Below, piece after piece: positions 30,649 through 42,192 of a DNA stretch of 64,000 nt. The DNA is taken from positions 576,001-640,000 of the forward strand of contig CAVVMW010000001.1 in the NCBI GenBank assembly GCA_963749495.1, given 5' to 3'. The notes under the pieces were generated by a model. That model was not told where the DNA came from. It saw only the letters and a list, made by a program, of their open reading frames with translations, and ran no database searches. Each line of letters opens with the position of its first letter. Positions within the stretch are counted from its first letter, which is position 1. The position numbers and the translations under genes were made by a program. Origin of the DNA: an uncultured bacterium (GTDB lineage Bacteria > Verrucomicrobiota > Verrucomicrobiia > Limisphaerales > UBA8199).

Positions 30649-33600
30649 TCACGGGTGGACGACCAGGCGATAGAACCGTGCGGCAGAGGGAGTGCCGGAA
30701 TCCGTCACGCTCATCCAGCAGTTGGTCGGGGCGCCGACAATGTCCATCACCGGCGACCACTGGCGGGCGCTCAGATCGGGGCAGGATTCCAGGCGATAGG
30801 CCAGGTTGGGCAGGGCACGGAAGCCCAGCGTGACGCCGCCCGGAGCGGCGGCCACGGAGTCCAGGCGCGGCAACGAGGGCCGGAGAATGGCCTGCGCGAG
30901 CCAACAGGTTGCGTCGGCCATGAGGCTCTGGCCCACGGAACTCGCCAGCAGCGCGCGCGAGATGTAGAGGATTCGGCCGCCCTGCCCCAACTCGATGCAG
31001 CCCGCGGCGTCCCCGTACTGCTTGGGGGGGTGCGAGTTGGTGTCCGCGACCGAAAGCCAGGAGACATACCGATCCTGGGCGGCCACGTTGGTTGGAACGA
31101 TCAGGCAGAGTCTGTCCGCCTTGGGGCAGATCAAAGATGGGGGGCACCATGGGCAGCGCCACCGCCTGGGTGTTGACCAGCACCGACAGACCGCCAGGCA
31201 CATTGGTGAAGGCCAGGCCAAGCGGCAGACCTACGCAAGGCAACAGGCAATCGGTTGGGCTCGGCTCAGTGGTTGGCGTGTCGGATGGGTCGCACGCGTT
31301 GGAGAAGGGAAAGGCCGACTCGGACAGGACCGCCAAGGTCCCGCCGCCGGCCAGGTACTGGATGACCGCCTCCTTGCCGTCGTCGGCAGTGTTGACCGTA
31401 GCCACGTAGTCGTCGTCGCCCACGTAGAACGCCAACGGAAACCGGGTTGCGTTGAAGAAGCTGGCATCCACCAACTGGCCGGGGGAAAGGCTGGTCCATT
31501 GGTTGCGCAGGCCGGTGTTGCAGGCGAAGACCAGCGCCGGGCCCGGCACGTCGAAGGGCAACAACGCGGGCAACTGGGCGATGAGGTTTGTCGGGAGTTG
31601 GGCGAAACCAGACTGCAGGGCCACCTGGGCCCACCGCTTGTTCTCCTCCTGAACAAAGTCCTGGGCGGCGGAAGAGAGCACGGGCTCAACGGAGTTCCAT
31701 GCGTTGGAATCGCCCATAAAGGCCGTGGCGCCCATCACCAGGCAGCCTTGCGGTTCCACGCCGGCCACCGGGTTGGTCGCCCAGAGCATGGCGTAATCCA
31801 ACAGCACCATGCGATTGAACATCGTGGGCCAACCGCGCCAGGCCAGCACCGGCGTCCGGTTCAACTCGAGGACGGTTCGATCCGCCAGCCTCAGGGCCGG
31901 TTGCGCGCTGAGGGTCGCATCTTCGGGAGGCGAATAGGCCACCAGGACGGCATAGGCCCCCGGCGCGGAGAGCGGGGCGGCGTTGCTGGCGGCGCCCAGG
32001 CGCTGCTGGTAGGGGACGGTCCAGGCCCAGTGCAGCCCCGGGACGATACCGGCAAAGGAGTGGAAACTGGTCCATTGTTGAGGCAGGAGCAGTTCATTGG
32101 TAATGGAGAGGGTGACAAAGGGGCCGCTGCTCAGGGGCTGGACTGCCGATTCGTCATAGACCAGCGAGGAATCGGGTGTGAAGGGCGGCGCATTGGACAC
32201 CGAGCCCACGGTCAAGACGTCCCCATCCTGGACGCCATAGAAGTACACCGAGGTCGGCGCGCCTCTGCAGAATCGCACGTCATTGCTGCCCAGGGGCGAG
32301 AGAGTGCCGCCCCGCAGGCGGGTGATCGCGGCGTTGTATTGGTTGACAAACGGATAGGAGAAGCTCAGGTCGAATGCTCCGGGCAGGCTGGAGACCACGC
32401 GGAACGAGCAGGCCCCGTTGCCATCGGTGCGGTAATCGGCCACGTCACAGGCGGTGCCGCCCTTGTCGAAGGCGATGCAGGCGGCGGCGCCACCCACGAC
32501 CCGGATGACCGAATTACCGATGGGCTCTGCCATGCCGATCCGCTGCGTGAAGCCATAGACATAGTGTTTGCCCGGTTGCGGACCGCACCCCTGGTAGAGG
32601 CCGTAGCCCTCGGAGAGCGCATCCTTGCCGAATGCGTCCAAGGCATGCTCGTAGCTGTCCCGATAGAGCGAATGCCAGCGTTGCAACATCCCGCGCAGAT
32701 AGTAGCGGAGCCGCTCGTCACCCGTGTGCACATAGACCTGGATGATCGCGTCCAGGACCCAGCTCATCTCGTTTGCGCAGCCCACCGAGGCCCAGTCCCG
32801 GCCGCTATTGGGCTCGGCCAGGAAGGCGCTGTCCAGGGCCCCGTCCGAGAGGTTCGAATCCATCGCCCAGACACACAGATACCGCCAGATCAGGGTGTTG
32901 GCCAACCGGAGGGCCACGGGGGCGTTGGTTGCCCGGACCGGGTCGTCCTTGAATGTGAAATAGTAGTCCAACAGAAACGCCGTGCTCAGCGTCACCCCGA
33001 CCGCGAAGGGCGAGGAGGGGACATCGGAGAACTCGCCACGGGTCCAGACGAAGTGCTTGGCCCAGTTGAAGACGCCGTCGATGGCGGCCAGGTATTCGGG
33101 GTGGACGTTCGTGTGCGCCAGGTCGTAACGGTAGAGTTCGACCAGGATGCGCCCGGCAAAGAAGCCTTCCGAGTTGTGCAAGGTGATGACGTTGGTGTCG
33201 CCCCAGTCGTGGAACCACGCCCCCTCCAGCGGTTGCTGCCAATAGAGGCAGGTGTCGCCGCCCACGACGTTGGTTTTCGCGTATTGGCTCAGAAGGCGCT
33301 CGATCTCCTTGCGCAAGTCAGCCAGGGAATTGCTATTGAGCAGCCAGGCATCGAGCGGCAACTCGATGTGCCCGCCAAATCCCGAGAGTTGCAGGGTGTT
33401 GTTCGTGAAATACTTGCCGGGATCCGGTGTGTAAATGACCTGCGGACCGACAGCGTGTACAAACTCCTCTCGCGGGGGATAGCCGGGCTGCCAGGCCAGG
33501 TCATTCATTGCAGGCACGCGCGGCAAGGCATTGGTGTAGCGGGCGAAGAGCCGGCCCTGGAACTGTTCATTGGGGTCCGCCGTGGAAGGCAGGTTTGTCT

Positions 33601-34456
33601 GGATCACCAGGCTGAAATAGGACGCGAGCCTGTTGCCGGCCTTGGGATAAGACCGCTGGCCAAAACGCTCCCCGCCCTCAGGGTAGGCCAGGGCCACGAA
33701 ATTGGACAACGTCCCCGACCCCCAGCAATAGACCGTGCAGACATCGCGCTCGGATTGCTCCGTGCTCGCCCTCGAGTCCTGGAAATCATAGCCGACATAG
33801 AGGGCCGCCACAGGGTCCCACAAACCGATCATCGGGATCGGATGGCCCCCTAACGGACAGATATAACCCCAGTTCCGGTTCCACGAACAGGCAATCTCAG
33901 GTGTGCCGCCGTGGGGATCGATGAGCAGCGGAAAGCGGTCGTCCAGCGGCGTGGCGTTGAGCCAACCCCGCTGGTGCCAAACCCTCGCGGCGGGCATCGC
34001 GCAGGCCAGGAAGTGAAAGGGCGCCGGTTGCCCGCTGGGAAACATCCCCGCCCACTCATCGGAATGGAAGCTTTGAAACGTCAACTGGAAGCGAACGACA
34101 GGCTCCGGGGCCGAACCCCCACTCGGCAGGGTCAGACTGACGTAGTCGTCCGAGGCAAAGACTACGGCATTGGTGTTCTTGGTGTGCAGCCCGGATAAGC
34201 GGATGGTGGTGTCGTTCGTGGTCACTTCATTGGCCAGCAAGGCCCCGTTGGCGGCCAACCGAATCGGCGCCACCACCGCCCCATTGACTAACACATCAAA
34301 CCCCTCCTGGCCGCGCGGGGCGAATGAATAGGCCGCAAAGGCCGCCCAGGACTGCCCCGCCAGCCACGCAACCAGTCCAAGCCGCCAAACCATTCCCCGG
34401 GCGGCGGAAAGAGAAACGGCGCGAGACGTGATCACAAGATGCTCTTTATCAGGCAT
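30649..34456 (-). CDS. Large secreted protein of unknown function (frameshift near 31100)
   Basis: Signal peptide; more than 1100 aa open; C-terminus in second frame ending YRLESCPDL..W..ARFYRLVVHP. Confidence 0.75.
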
Positions 34457-34487
34457 CTATCGGCAGGAGAGGCCGGGCCTTTAGCCG

Positions 34488-34796
34488 CCTGGAGCGCCAA
34501 CGGCGCGGCCCATAACAGCCTGGGCCAACGGCGGCCAACGGCCCAGCCTCACCGCGTAGCGGTGCCCGATGGTAGCCGTGGACTTCCAGTCCACGGACCC
34601 ATGGCCCAAGTTCGACCGCGTCGCGTAGCGACGCCTGAAAACCGCGAGGCGGTCAGGCGTCGCTACGCGACGCGGGCCTGTTCCCACGCCGTAAACCGTG
34701 GACCGAGGTCCACGGCTGCCTTCACTGCGTCGCTCCGCGACGCGCGCGAGCAGGGCGTTGCCCCAGGCTGATATGAGGCCGCGCCGTTGGCGCTGG
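34488..34796. repeat. Nested palindromic elements (211-bp-family unit inside an AGCGCCAACGGCGCGG hairpin element)
   Basis: AGCGCCAACGGCGCGGCC..CAGCCTGGG left arm and CCCAGGCTG..GGCCGCGCCGTTGGCGCT right arm flank 34549-34745. Confidence 0.85.
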
Positions 34797-34854
34797 GCTG
34801 CAGACAAACAACATGAGTCTCTTCGCTACCCAGGTCCAACTTGCTCGCGGGCCT

Positions 34855-36276
34855 TCATGCGCGGGCACTGTCTGCCGCGCCCCCGGCTCGGGCCAGGAGC
34901 AAGTCCTGCCGTTCGGCCTCGATGAGGGCAATCAACCCGGCTCGGGCAGCCAGGAGCCTTCGGGCTGCGCCCGGCGCCCGGAGGAAGACCGCGACCGCGC
35001 GCAAGCCGGCCGCCAGGCGGCGCAGTTGGCGCAGATAGTAATGCGCCGCCAGGCTCGCCACCGGCAGCGAGAGCGCATACCAGCCCGCCGCCGGCCAGCC
35101 AAAGAAACCATAGAACACCAGCGCACAGAGCGCATAGAACACCGTGAACACAACCACGCCGGCGACAATGATCGCCGTCGAGATCTGCGTCCTGTCCGGC
35201 GGTTTGCGCACCGTCCGCTTGACGATCCAGGCCACCAGCGAATAGGGAACGAGCCGGTGCAGCCAGCCGTAGAGGGCCACCGGCGCCCCGAGCACCGCCA
35301 CCGCCGCCCAGGCCAGACTCTGCCGCAGGACCCGCCGCCGCTGCGGAAACTGCGCCAGCACTTCATCCGAAAGGCGCAACCGGCTCAAGCCCCGCTCATA
35401 CCGATCAAGCTTCCGCACGAACTCCAACGCGCGGCCAGGGTTCGCCGTAAATGCCCGGTCCACCGCGTTGGCGATGGCTTGAGTCAGCAGCAATTCGCCT
35501 GCCCGGGGCGCTACCGGCTCGTGGATGACCGTGTTGGCAACCCATAATCGATCCAGGTAGAGCCGCTTGACCGCCTCGACAATGCGCGCCCGCTCCAGGT
35601 TCGGCAAATGCACCATGAGAGACTGGATGCGGCGCGCGATCTCCTCGCTCAAAAGCTGGATGTCCTGGTGCCGGTTCTGCGCATAGGCAGGCAGGAAATC
35701 CGCGACGCGAATCGGCTGGCCGAAACCTACCAGGGCCTCGCTGCGATAGATCTCTTTGGCCGAAAAGGTCAGGCCCACCGGCACAATCTGCAGACCCAGT
35801 CTTCCCTCGTGGCGCTGCTCCAACTCCAGGGCCATGCGCGCCGCCCCGCTCTTGACCGTCTTGAGCTGGGGATCGTCGTGGGTGATGCCTTCGGGGAAAA
35901 TCCCGATGGCCTCGCCCCGCTCCAGCACCCGGAAGCAGGCCTCGAAAGTATCCAGCACCGACCGCATCGCGCGCGGGTCGTCCTTGACCCGGTTGACGGC
36001 GATGACGCCGCAGCGGGTCAGGAGCCAGCGGAGCGGCCGGAGCCGGAACAACTGCACCGTGGCGACGAAGTTGACCTTGCGCCGCACCGAGGTGCCGATG
36101 ACGAAGGCATCCGTCAAGGAATTCGGGTGGTTGGAGGTGAACAGGACAGGGCCGTCCGCCGGGACGTGCTCCGGGTGGAACCGCTCGATGCGCGCGAAGT
36201 AAAACCCCAGAGCGGCCCGCAGGAGCCCCCGCCCGATGCGGTAAACGATGGGTTTCGGGGTGCTCACGATTGACAT
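34855..36276 (-). CDS. PlsC-family (lysophospholipid) acyltransferase with C-terminal TMs
   Basis: SNHPNSLTD HX4D motif, IFPEG, IVPVGL. Confidence 0.88.
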   Translation of the reverse strand: MSIVSTPKPIVYRIGRGLLRAALGFYFARIERFHPEHVPADGPVLFTSNHPNSLTDAFVIGTSVRRKVNFVATVQLFRLRPLRWLLTRCGVIAVNRVKDDPRAMRSVLDTFEACFRVLERGEAIGIFPEGITHDDPQLKTVKSGAARMALELEQRHEGRLGLQIVPVGLTFSAKEIYRSEALVGFGQPIRVADFLPAYAQNRHQDIQLLSEEIARRIQSLMVHLPNLERARIVEAVKRLYLDRLWVANTVIHEPVAPRAGELLLTQAIANAVDRAFTANPGRALEFVRKLDRYERGLSRLRLSDEVLAQFPQRRRVLRQSLAWAAVAVLGAPVALYGWLHRLVPYSLVAWIVKRTVRKPPDRTQISTAIIVAGVVVFTVFYALCALVFYGFFGWPAAGWYALSLPVASLAAHYYLRQLRRLAAGLRAVAVFLRAPGAARRLLAARAGLIALIEAERQDLLLARAGGAADSARA

Positions 36277-36479
36277 ATACGCCCGGGGGTGGCTTTTGCC
36301 AAGGGGTTCCACCGCGTATGGTAGCCGGTCAGAAGGTGTGAAAAAATCGATTCCTGGCCCCAAGCACCGCAAAAATCCTCAAAATCGTTAGGAAAACAGA
36401 GGGGTGTTTTCGGGGATGTTGTCCGTTTTGGCATTTTTTCACAGCTTCTCAGCGAAGGCGGAGACGGCATCCCCGGCGG

Positions 36480-36622
36480 ACCCCTCACCCCAACCCTCTC
36501 CCCATCGGATGGGGAGAGGGGGAATTCTCCGTAGCGGTCCAAGGGACCAGAGACGCCTGGAAGTTCAAGAGACTGAGGCCTCTCCCTCTCCCCTCCGAGG
36601 GGAGAGGGCCGGGGTGAGGGGT
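36480..36622. repeat. CCCCTCACCCC/GGGGAGAGGG palindromic REP doublet; second copy at 62581-62723
   Basis: Shared arms and core GCCTGGAAGTTC(A/C)AGAGACTG in both copies. Confidence 0.9.
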
Positions 36623-36718
36623 CTGCCCGCGGTGCCGCTCCCGCCTTCATCGAGGCCTCACCGCGGATGATTGCGCCCACACTTCACAGAGGCCCCTTTA
36701 GGCGCTACTATGGGGCAG

Positions 36719-37533
36719 ATGGGCCGCTTGAGAAAATACTGGCACGTGATCGGCATCGGGCTTCAGAACAACCTGACTTACCGCTTCAATTTCCTGGCGC
36801 GGACCGTTTTCGGGCTGATCCCGCTGATCGCCATGCTGTACGTCTGGCGGACCATCTACCGGGGCAAGAGCCGGGCGCGACGGTTGGCAGCTACACGCTG
36901 GCCGAGATGATCTCCTACTACCTGGTGCTCACGATTGTGGACGCGCTGACGGCGGTCAATGAGGACGATTGGCAGATTGCGGCGGACATCAAGGACGGCA
37001 ACATCAACCAGTTCCTGCTCAAGCCGATCGACTACCTCTGGTATCGGCTCTGCCTGTTCTTCTCGGGGCGGCTGGCCTATCTCGGGGTCGCGGCGGCGCC
37101 GCTGGCGCTCTTCATAATCTGCCTGCGGCGCTATTTCGTGCTGCCGCACGACTGGACGGTCTTGGCCTGCTTTGTCCTCTCCACGTTCCTGACGGCGCTG
37201 CTCCAGTTCTTCTCGTCTTACGCGATGGCGATGCTGGCCTTCTGGGTCCTGGAGGTCTCGACGTTCATCTTTATTCTTTATGCCTTCGAGTACATCGCCA
37301 GCGGCCATCTCTTCCCGCTGGACATCCTCCCGCCCGGCCTCCAGCAGGTCCTCGCGTTCACGCCCTTTCCCTATCAGCTCTATTTCCCAGTGAGCATTTA
37401 TTTGGGCAAGGCCACGCAGGCCGAGATGGTCCGGGGCCTGCTCCTGCAGGTCTTTTGGGTCTTGGCCGCTTACAGCCTGGCGCGCTTTGCGTGGAATCGC
37501 GGCATCCGCAGGTATTCGGCGGTGGGCGGGTGA
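36719..37533 (+). CDS. ABC-2 family permease (DUF990-type; frameshift near 36875)
   Basis: TYRFNFL, YTLAEMISYY, IKDGNINQFLLKP, SGHLFPLD, RYSAVGG. Confidence 0.88.
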
Positions 37534-37542
37534 GGGGGGCGG

Positions 37543-37776
37543 AATGACGAATGACGAATGACGAATGACGAATGACGGAGGGCGGAGGACGGAGGGCAGA
37601 AGGCGGGGGGCAGAGGGCGGGGGGCGGAGGACGGGGGGCGGAGGACGGAGGGCGGAGGACGGGGGGCGGAGGACGGAGGGCGGAGGACGGAGGGCAGAGG
37701 GCGGAGGACGGAGGGCGGAGGGCGGAGGGCGGACGGCGGAGGACGGAGGACGCAGGGCAGAGGGCGGAGGGCGGAG
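37543..37776 (+). repeat. Compound heptamer array (AATGACG)x5 followed by about 28 degenerate GAGG(G/A)CG units
   Basis: Read directly, between the two ABC permease genes. Confidence 0.95.
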
Positions 37777-37825
37777 GTTCGAGAATGCCAGGTTTCCTCG
37801 GAAACGGAGACAATGCTGTCGCGTT

Positions 37826-38012
37826 TTGTCCCGGAGGGACACTTGAGAATAGCCCAACGTTTCAACGTTGGGATTGAGGCGAAGACGGGCCGAGTCCCGA
37901 AGGGACGGCTGAAATGCACTGGTGCTTCAGCCGTCCCTTCGGGACTTATTCCTCGGGGAGGGCCCTACCCAACGTTGAAACGTTGGGCTATTCTCGGATG
38001 TCCCTTCGGGAC
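37826..38012. repeat. Palindromic element GTCCCGGAGGGAC / CCCAACGTTTCAACGTTGGG; second copy at 40521-40706
   Basis: Near-identical copies of about 185 bp with internal inverted symmetry. Confidence 0.92.
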
Positions 38013-38110
38013 AGGCCTCAGGCCCGGCGTCGCGAGCCATCACGCAGCCGGGGCCTCATCCCGAGTTTAGCGTTGCCGAGGCAGCCAGTAGCAGGAAATC
38101 TGCGAAGCAA

Positions 38111-39034
38111 ATGAAACCCAGAACACAAGACAGGGACGGTGAGGAGGCGCGGCCGGCCACCGGGACCGGACCGGGTGTGAGCCCGAGACCTTCCGGGCGC
38201 GGAGCATGGCTGGCGCGGTGCGCGGCGCGGGTGGCGCATTCGGTTTCGCGCTACGCGTCCATCTACGGGGCTTTATGGAAGAACTCCGTCACGCGCGAGA
38301 TGACTTTCAAGGCCAACTTCCTGCTCTGGATCTTCGTGGAATTGCTCTGGTTCGGCCTCCAGCTCAGCTTCATCGGCGTGCTCTACTTGCACACGGACCA
38401 CATCGGGACATGGACGAAATGGCAGGTGGTGCTCTTGATCGGCGCCAGCCATTTCATCCAGCAGATCTTCCAGGCCTTTTTTCTCATCAACTGCACGAAC
38501 CTCTCCGAGTTGGTGCGCAGCGGCAAGCTGGATTTCCTGCTGTTGCTGCCGGTCAACTCGCGCTTTGTCATCTCCTTCCGGCAAGTGGACCTGGGCGCCT
38601 ACGTCAACGCCGCCTCGGCCGTCGGGGTCATGGCTTACGCCGCTTGGCGGTTGCACCTGGCGCCCACGCCGGTGCAGGCGGCGGGTTTCCTGGTGTTGTG
38701 CGGGGCGGGCATTGTCATCCATTACTCGCTGATGTTCCTGCTGGCCAGCATCAGCTTCTGGACCGTCCGGGCGCAGGGCATCGTCTGGGGCTACTACAAC
38801 CTCTTCAACATTGCGCGCATGCCGGACGAGGCCTTTGGCGGCGCGTTCAAGGCCGTCTTCACGCTGGCCATTCCGATGTTGCTGGTCTCGAACGTGCCCG
38901 TGCGCGTTTTGGCCAACAAGCTGGACTCGCCCGCGCAGGTCGCCCTGCTCCTGGTGATGACCCTGGTCTGCTTTGGCGTCTCCGAATGGGTTTGGCGCGC
39001 CTCCCTGCGGCGCTACACCAGCGCCAGCGCGTGA
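38111..39034 (+). CDS. ABC-2 family permease (DUF990-type)
   Basis: FKANFLLW, VRSGKLDFLLLLPV, RRYTSASA. Confidence 0.88.
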   Translation: MKPRTQDRDGEEARPATGTGPGVSPRPSGRGAWLARCAARVAHSVSRYASIYGALWKNSVTREMTFKANFLLWIFVELLWFGLQLSFIGVLYLHTDHIGTWTKWQVVLLIGASHFIQQIFQAFFLINCTNLSELVRSGKLDFLLLLPVNSRFVISFRQVDLGAYVNAASAVGVMAYAAWRLHLAPTPVQAAGFLVLCGAGIVIHYSLMFLLASISFWTVRAQGIVWGYYNLFNIARMPDEAFGGAFKAVFTLAIPMLLVSNVPVRVLANKLDSPAQVALLLVMTLVCFGVSEWVWRASLRRYTSASA

Positions 39035-39334
39035 GAACCAGCGAGGGACGAGGGGCGAGGGGCGAGAAGGGCGGTGCAGCAGGGCCGAAGGCCCGCAATG
39101 TGAAAGCCTGGGGTGAAGCGCGCAGCGCGCAGCCCCAGGTAAGGGCCGAAAGAGAGGTTTCCTCCGCCCTGTAAGGGCGGCAGAGGGCTTTTGGTGCTGA
39201 AGACGAGGTGAAAACGATGTTGGCCAGGGATCGGGACATGAGGGGTGACGCCCTCCCCAGGAACCGACCCCAAGGCCGGAGGTTTTGGACTGCGGCAGTC
39301 CTCTGCCGCTTTCGCGCCGGCAACGAGGAGACAA

Positions 39335-39408
39335 AAAGGGGTCAGTTAATGAGAATGTACTATTCTGATCAAGGTGCTAATATGACAATCTCATTAACCG
39401 ACCCCTTT
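39335..39408. repeat. AT-richer miniature inverted-repeat element
   Basis: AAAGGGGTCAGTTAATGAGA ... TCTCATTAACCGACCCCTTT. Confidence 0.75.
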
Positions 39409-39764
39409 CCGCCGTGGTGTCCCGCCGTGGCGGAGTTGTTCAACCATGCGGGCTGGTTTCTCATGTTCACATCGTCGTGACGGGACTGCCGGGCGCGCTG
39501 GAGGCGCTGGGCGATGACCTGCTGGAGGCCATCGGGCCCCGCCTCATCGTGGTGGCAGACTCGGAATTCCCCTCCTCCGCGCGAGCGCGCCCGAGCTTCT
39601 GCGAACGGCTGGGCAGGAGACAGGTGCCAGTCGTGTATACGCGCTGGGAAGGGGCGACGACCCTCGAACTCCGGCGCGGCCGTTGGGAGCTAACGACCAT
39701 GGGCGGGCTCAGGCTCACCGGGGCAGCCCAGATTCCGAAAACCGCCGCGGCGCCGGGGGGGTGA
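39409..39764 (+). pseudogene. ComEC/Rec2-like C-terminal fragment
   Basis: LLEAIGPRLIVVADSEFPSSAR..VVYTRWEGATTLE resembles a ComEC C-terminus; shares about 54 bp with 40407-40460. Confidence 0.5.
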
Positions 39765-39800
39765 ACCGGGGCAGCCCCCTTTTTAGAACAGGTGGCAGAG

Positions 39801-39881
39801 TTAACCGCATAGAACACAAAGAACGCAAAGGCCGAGGCAACCGATGTCTCTCTTTGTGATCTCTGCGTTCTTTGCGGTTAA
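39801..39881. repeat. 9-mer-based hairpin
   Basis: TTAACCGCATAGAACACAAAGAACGCAAAG ... CTTTGTGATCTCTGCGTTCTTTGCGGTTAA. Confidence 0.85.
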
Positions 39882-39919
39882 TTCAACCGCACACCTGCTC
39901 CTGAACGAACCGCAGGGCT

Positions 39920-40096
39920 GATTTCAGCGGTATGGCCGGCATTCGCCTGAGGGGGCGATTGGCGGCGTCCACCCGAAGAGCCCACCGATTCAAGGGCGGT
40001 CACGCCTAAAACCGGTTCGGCGTCGTCGGGACCGAAGATAACGCGCCCAGACGTGATCTCCCCCATGAATTCAACGCTGGTTTGACGGGAGCGCAA
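39920..40096 (-). pseudogene. Clan AA aspartic protease C-terminal fragment
   Basis: VEFMGEITSGRVIFGPDDAEPVLGVTALESVG, then a frameshifted VD..RRMPAIPLK; no N-terminal DTG motif seen. Confidence 0.55.
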
Positions 40097-40316
40097 AAGA
40101 GAATTCGTCGCGCACGATGCGCCGCGAAGGGTATCATTGGTGGGGGCACGTTTTGCACCAGGAAGTCAAAGATATGAAATCAAAGCAGTTAGCGAACGTC
40201 TTAATCAATAAATCACTGAGGTCCAACCATTCGTAGTTGCTCTCAGGGCAACTCCTGAAAGTTCGCAAAATGCCAGGAAAACCGCTGGTTTAAATGGGAA
40301 ACAATATCTCCATGTC

Positions 40317-40930
40317 GTGACGCCGGTGAGCACGCCGGCCAACCTGGCAGCGGTGCCGCTGTGCGCCCTGGTGCTGGTGAGCAACCTGGCCAGTTTGCTG
40401 ACGACGCCGTGGTTTCCCGCCGTGGCGGAGTTGTTCAACCATGCGGGCTGGTTTCTCATGGAGTGCATCCGGGTCGGCAGCGGGTGCGATCAAAGGCGTC
40501 GGGCATGCGTACCGGGAGTTTTGTCCCGGAGGGACATTTGAGAATAGCCCAACGTTTCAACGTTGGGATCCAGGCGAAGATGGGCAAAGTCCCGAAGGGA
40601 CGGCTGAAGTCCTCCGGCGTTTCAGCCGTCCCTTCGGGACTCGGGGTGCCGGCGCATCCAACCCAACGTTGAAACGTTGGGCTATTGTCGGAAGCCCCTT
40701 CGGGGCAAAAAGGCGCCGTTGGATGACCGACAGTTTTAATCGCACCCGGCAGCAGCCATTGGATGGCCGGCTGGGCGGGGGCCTGCTATTATGTGGCCGC
40801 GCCAAGCCTCCTGGGCAGCGCGCTCTACTACGCAGCCCTGCTGGGGGCGGCCACGGGCTGGCTCTTCCGGCCCAGGATTTGCGTATGGGGCACGGCCGCT
40901 CTGGGCCTGGGGGGGCGGCGTGCTGGTCCC
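40317..40930 (+). pseudogene. ComEC competence-domain fragments interrupted by a palindromic element
   Basis: TPVSTPANLAAVPLCALVLVSNLASL (ANL..VP motif), broken at about 40490-40706, resumes as hydrophobic YVAAPS..YYAALL. Confidence 0.55.
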
Positions 40931-41047
40931 GGCAGGCCTGGCAGGCGGGCTCGGGGCGTGGAAACGTGAGGGCGTTGCAGGAACGAGAGATGTGACCCCA
41001 TTGCTCTTTTCTTGTGCCAGGCAGGTGGGTTTGGTAAGCTTAGGGGT

Positions 41048-41290
41048 GTGAGTCCGAAATTGCTCAACATCTCCCCGCACGGCTTTTGGCTTTGGGTCAG
41101 AGAACGGGAGTATTTCCTGGGGTTTGAGGACTTCCCCTGGTTTCGCTCCGCCACTCTGGCGCAGTTGTTCGCCGTTCAACTCCTGGGCCAGGACCACCTC
41201 TATTGGCCGGAATTGGACGTGGACCTGGACCTGGACCGCATTCTCCACCCGGAGAAGTACCCGCTGGTTGCAGAATCACGGTCTGGCTGA
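41048..41290 (+). CDS. DUF2442-family protein
   Basis: NISPHGFWL..EYFL.FEDFPWF..AT..HLYWPELDVDL..HPEKYPL. Confidence 0.8.
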   Translation: MSPKLLNISPHGFWLWVREREYFLGFEDFPWFRSATLAQLFAVQLLGQDHLYWPELDVDLDLDRILHPEKYPLVAESRSG

Positions 41291-41555
41291 TTGCCTGAGA
41301 GGGCTGCGGGAATCAGGCTGGGGCGATTCGCCTTGGTGGGGCGGGCGAGGACGATCAATGAAGCGCGCTTTCAGCGCTCTAAACGGTTTTCGTTCCCTCG
41401 TCCCTGGGCGTTGCCCTGGGCTGGCATGAGCGACGCCTTCGGCGTCCAGAGCGCGCACCGCCGGTTCCATGGAGCACCCGAAGACTTCTGTCCTGCGCTG
41501 CGCGACGGCTGCCGGGCTGTTTGACACTGGGGGCGCGCGCCCGCATGATAGGCGC

Positions 41556-41981
41556 ATGAGCGAAATCATCTATCCGAGGAGCCCGCGCGAGGCCATGTGC
41601 GGCTGGGTACACCTGCCGCGGTTCGTGGACAAGGTGCGTCTTCACCTGGCGGGCAAACTCCACCCGGATTATCAGCCGAACTTCTGCAAAGGGTTTGACG
41701 GTCTCTGGCTGGAGACAGCAGGGGTGGACGCCGCCCGGTTCATCGAGGTGGTCCGCAACTCGATCACCGACGGCGAGGTCTGCGATTGGATCTTGAAAAA
41801 CGTCCGCAAACCCGAGTCGGTCAAAGCCGCCCACCGGGAGCGCATGCTCGGTCATCCCAAGCCCGAGGATGCCGCGATGCAGGCGCGCCTCAAGCAGCGC
41901 AAACAAGAGGCCGGCCTCGCCCACCGCGATGACATCCGCTCGTTCGTCAACTTCATTGACGCAGACGAGAAGCGGATTTGA
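41556..41981 (+). CDS. DUF5069-family protein
   Basis: YPRSPRE..GWVHLPRFVDKVRL..GKL..DY; ends IDADEKRI. Confidence 0.8.
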   Translation: MSEIIYPRSPREAMCGWVHLPRFVDKVRLHLAGKLHPDYQPNFCKGFDGLWLETAGVDAARFIEVVRNSITDGEVCDWILKNVRKPESVKAAHRERMLGHPKPEDAAMQARLKQRKQEAGLAHRDDIRSFVNFIDADEKRI

Positions 41982-42063
41982 AGGAAACGGAGTTGAACAG
42001 AAGGAAATGGAATTGAACAGAAGGAAACGAAGTTGAACAGAAGGAAACGAAGAAGAACGAAGA
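41980..42063 (+). repeat. 20-mer tandem array (GAAGGAAAYGRARTTGAACA), about 3.5 units; degenerate inverted counterpart near 42222-42276
   Basis: Read directly; begins at the DUF5069 stop codon. Confidence 0.85.
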
Positions 42064-42192
42064 GGGACTTGGGGGACCTTTGTCGCAGCCTTTGTCGATA
42101 CCTTTGTCGGATTGGCCATTTCTCGACAAAGGTCCCGACAAAGGCTGCGACAAAGGTCCGAAATCGGAGCTTATGGAGCAGGCTCTAAGCAC

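Noticed and set aside
30995..33853. Long antisense ORFs (also 1051-2367, 7873-9558, 55398-57494, 59687-61531)
   Set aside because: Shadow ORFs of genes on the opposite strand, expected at high GC; no recognisable motifs.
41048..41290. Complete DUF4160/DUF2442 toxin-antitoxin-like pair
   Set aside because: No upstream partner ORF is visible; the gene appears to be an orphan.
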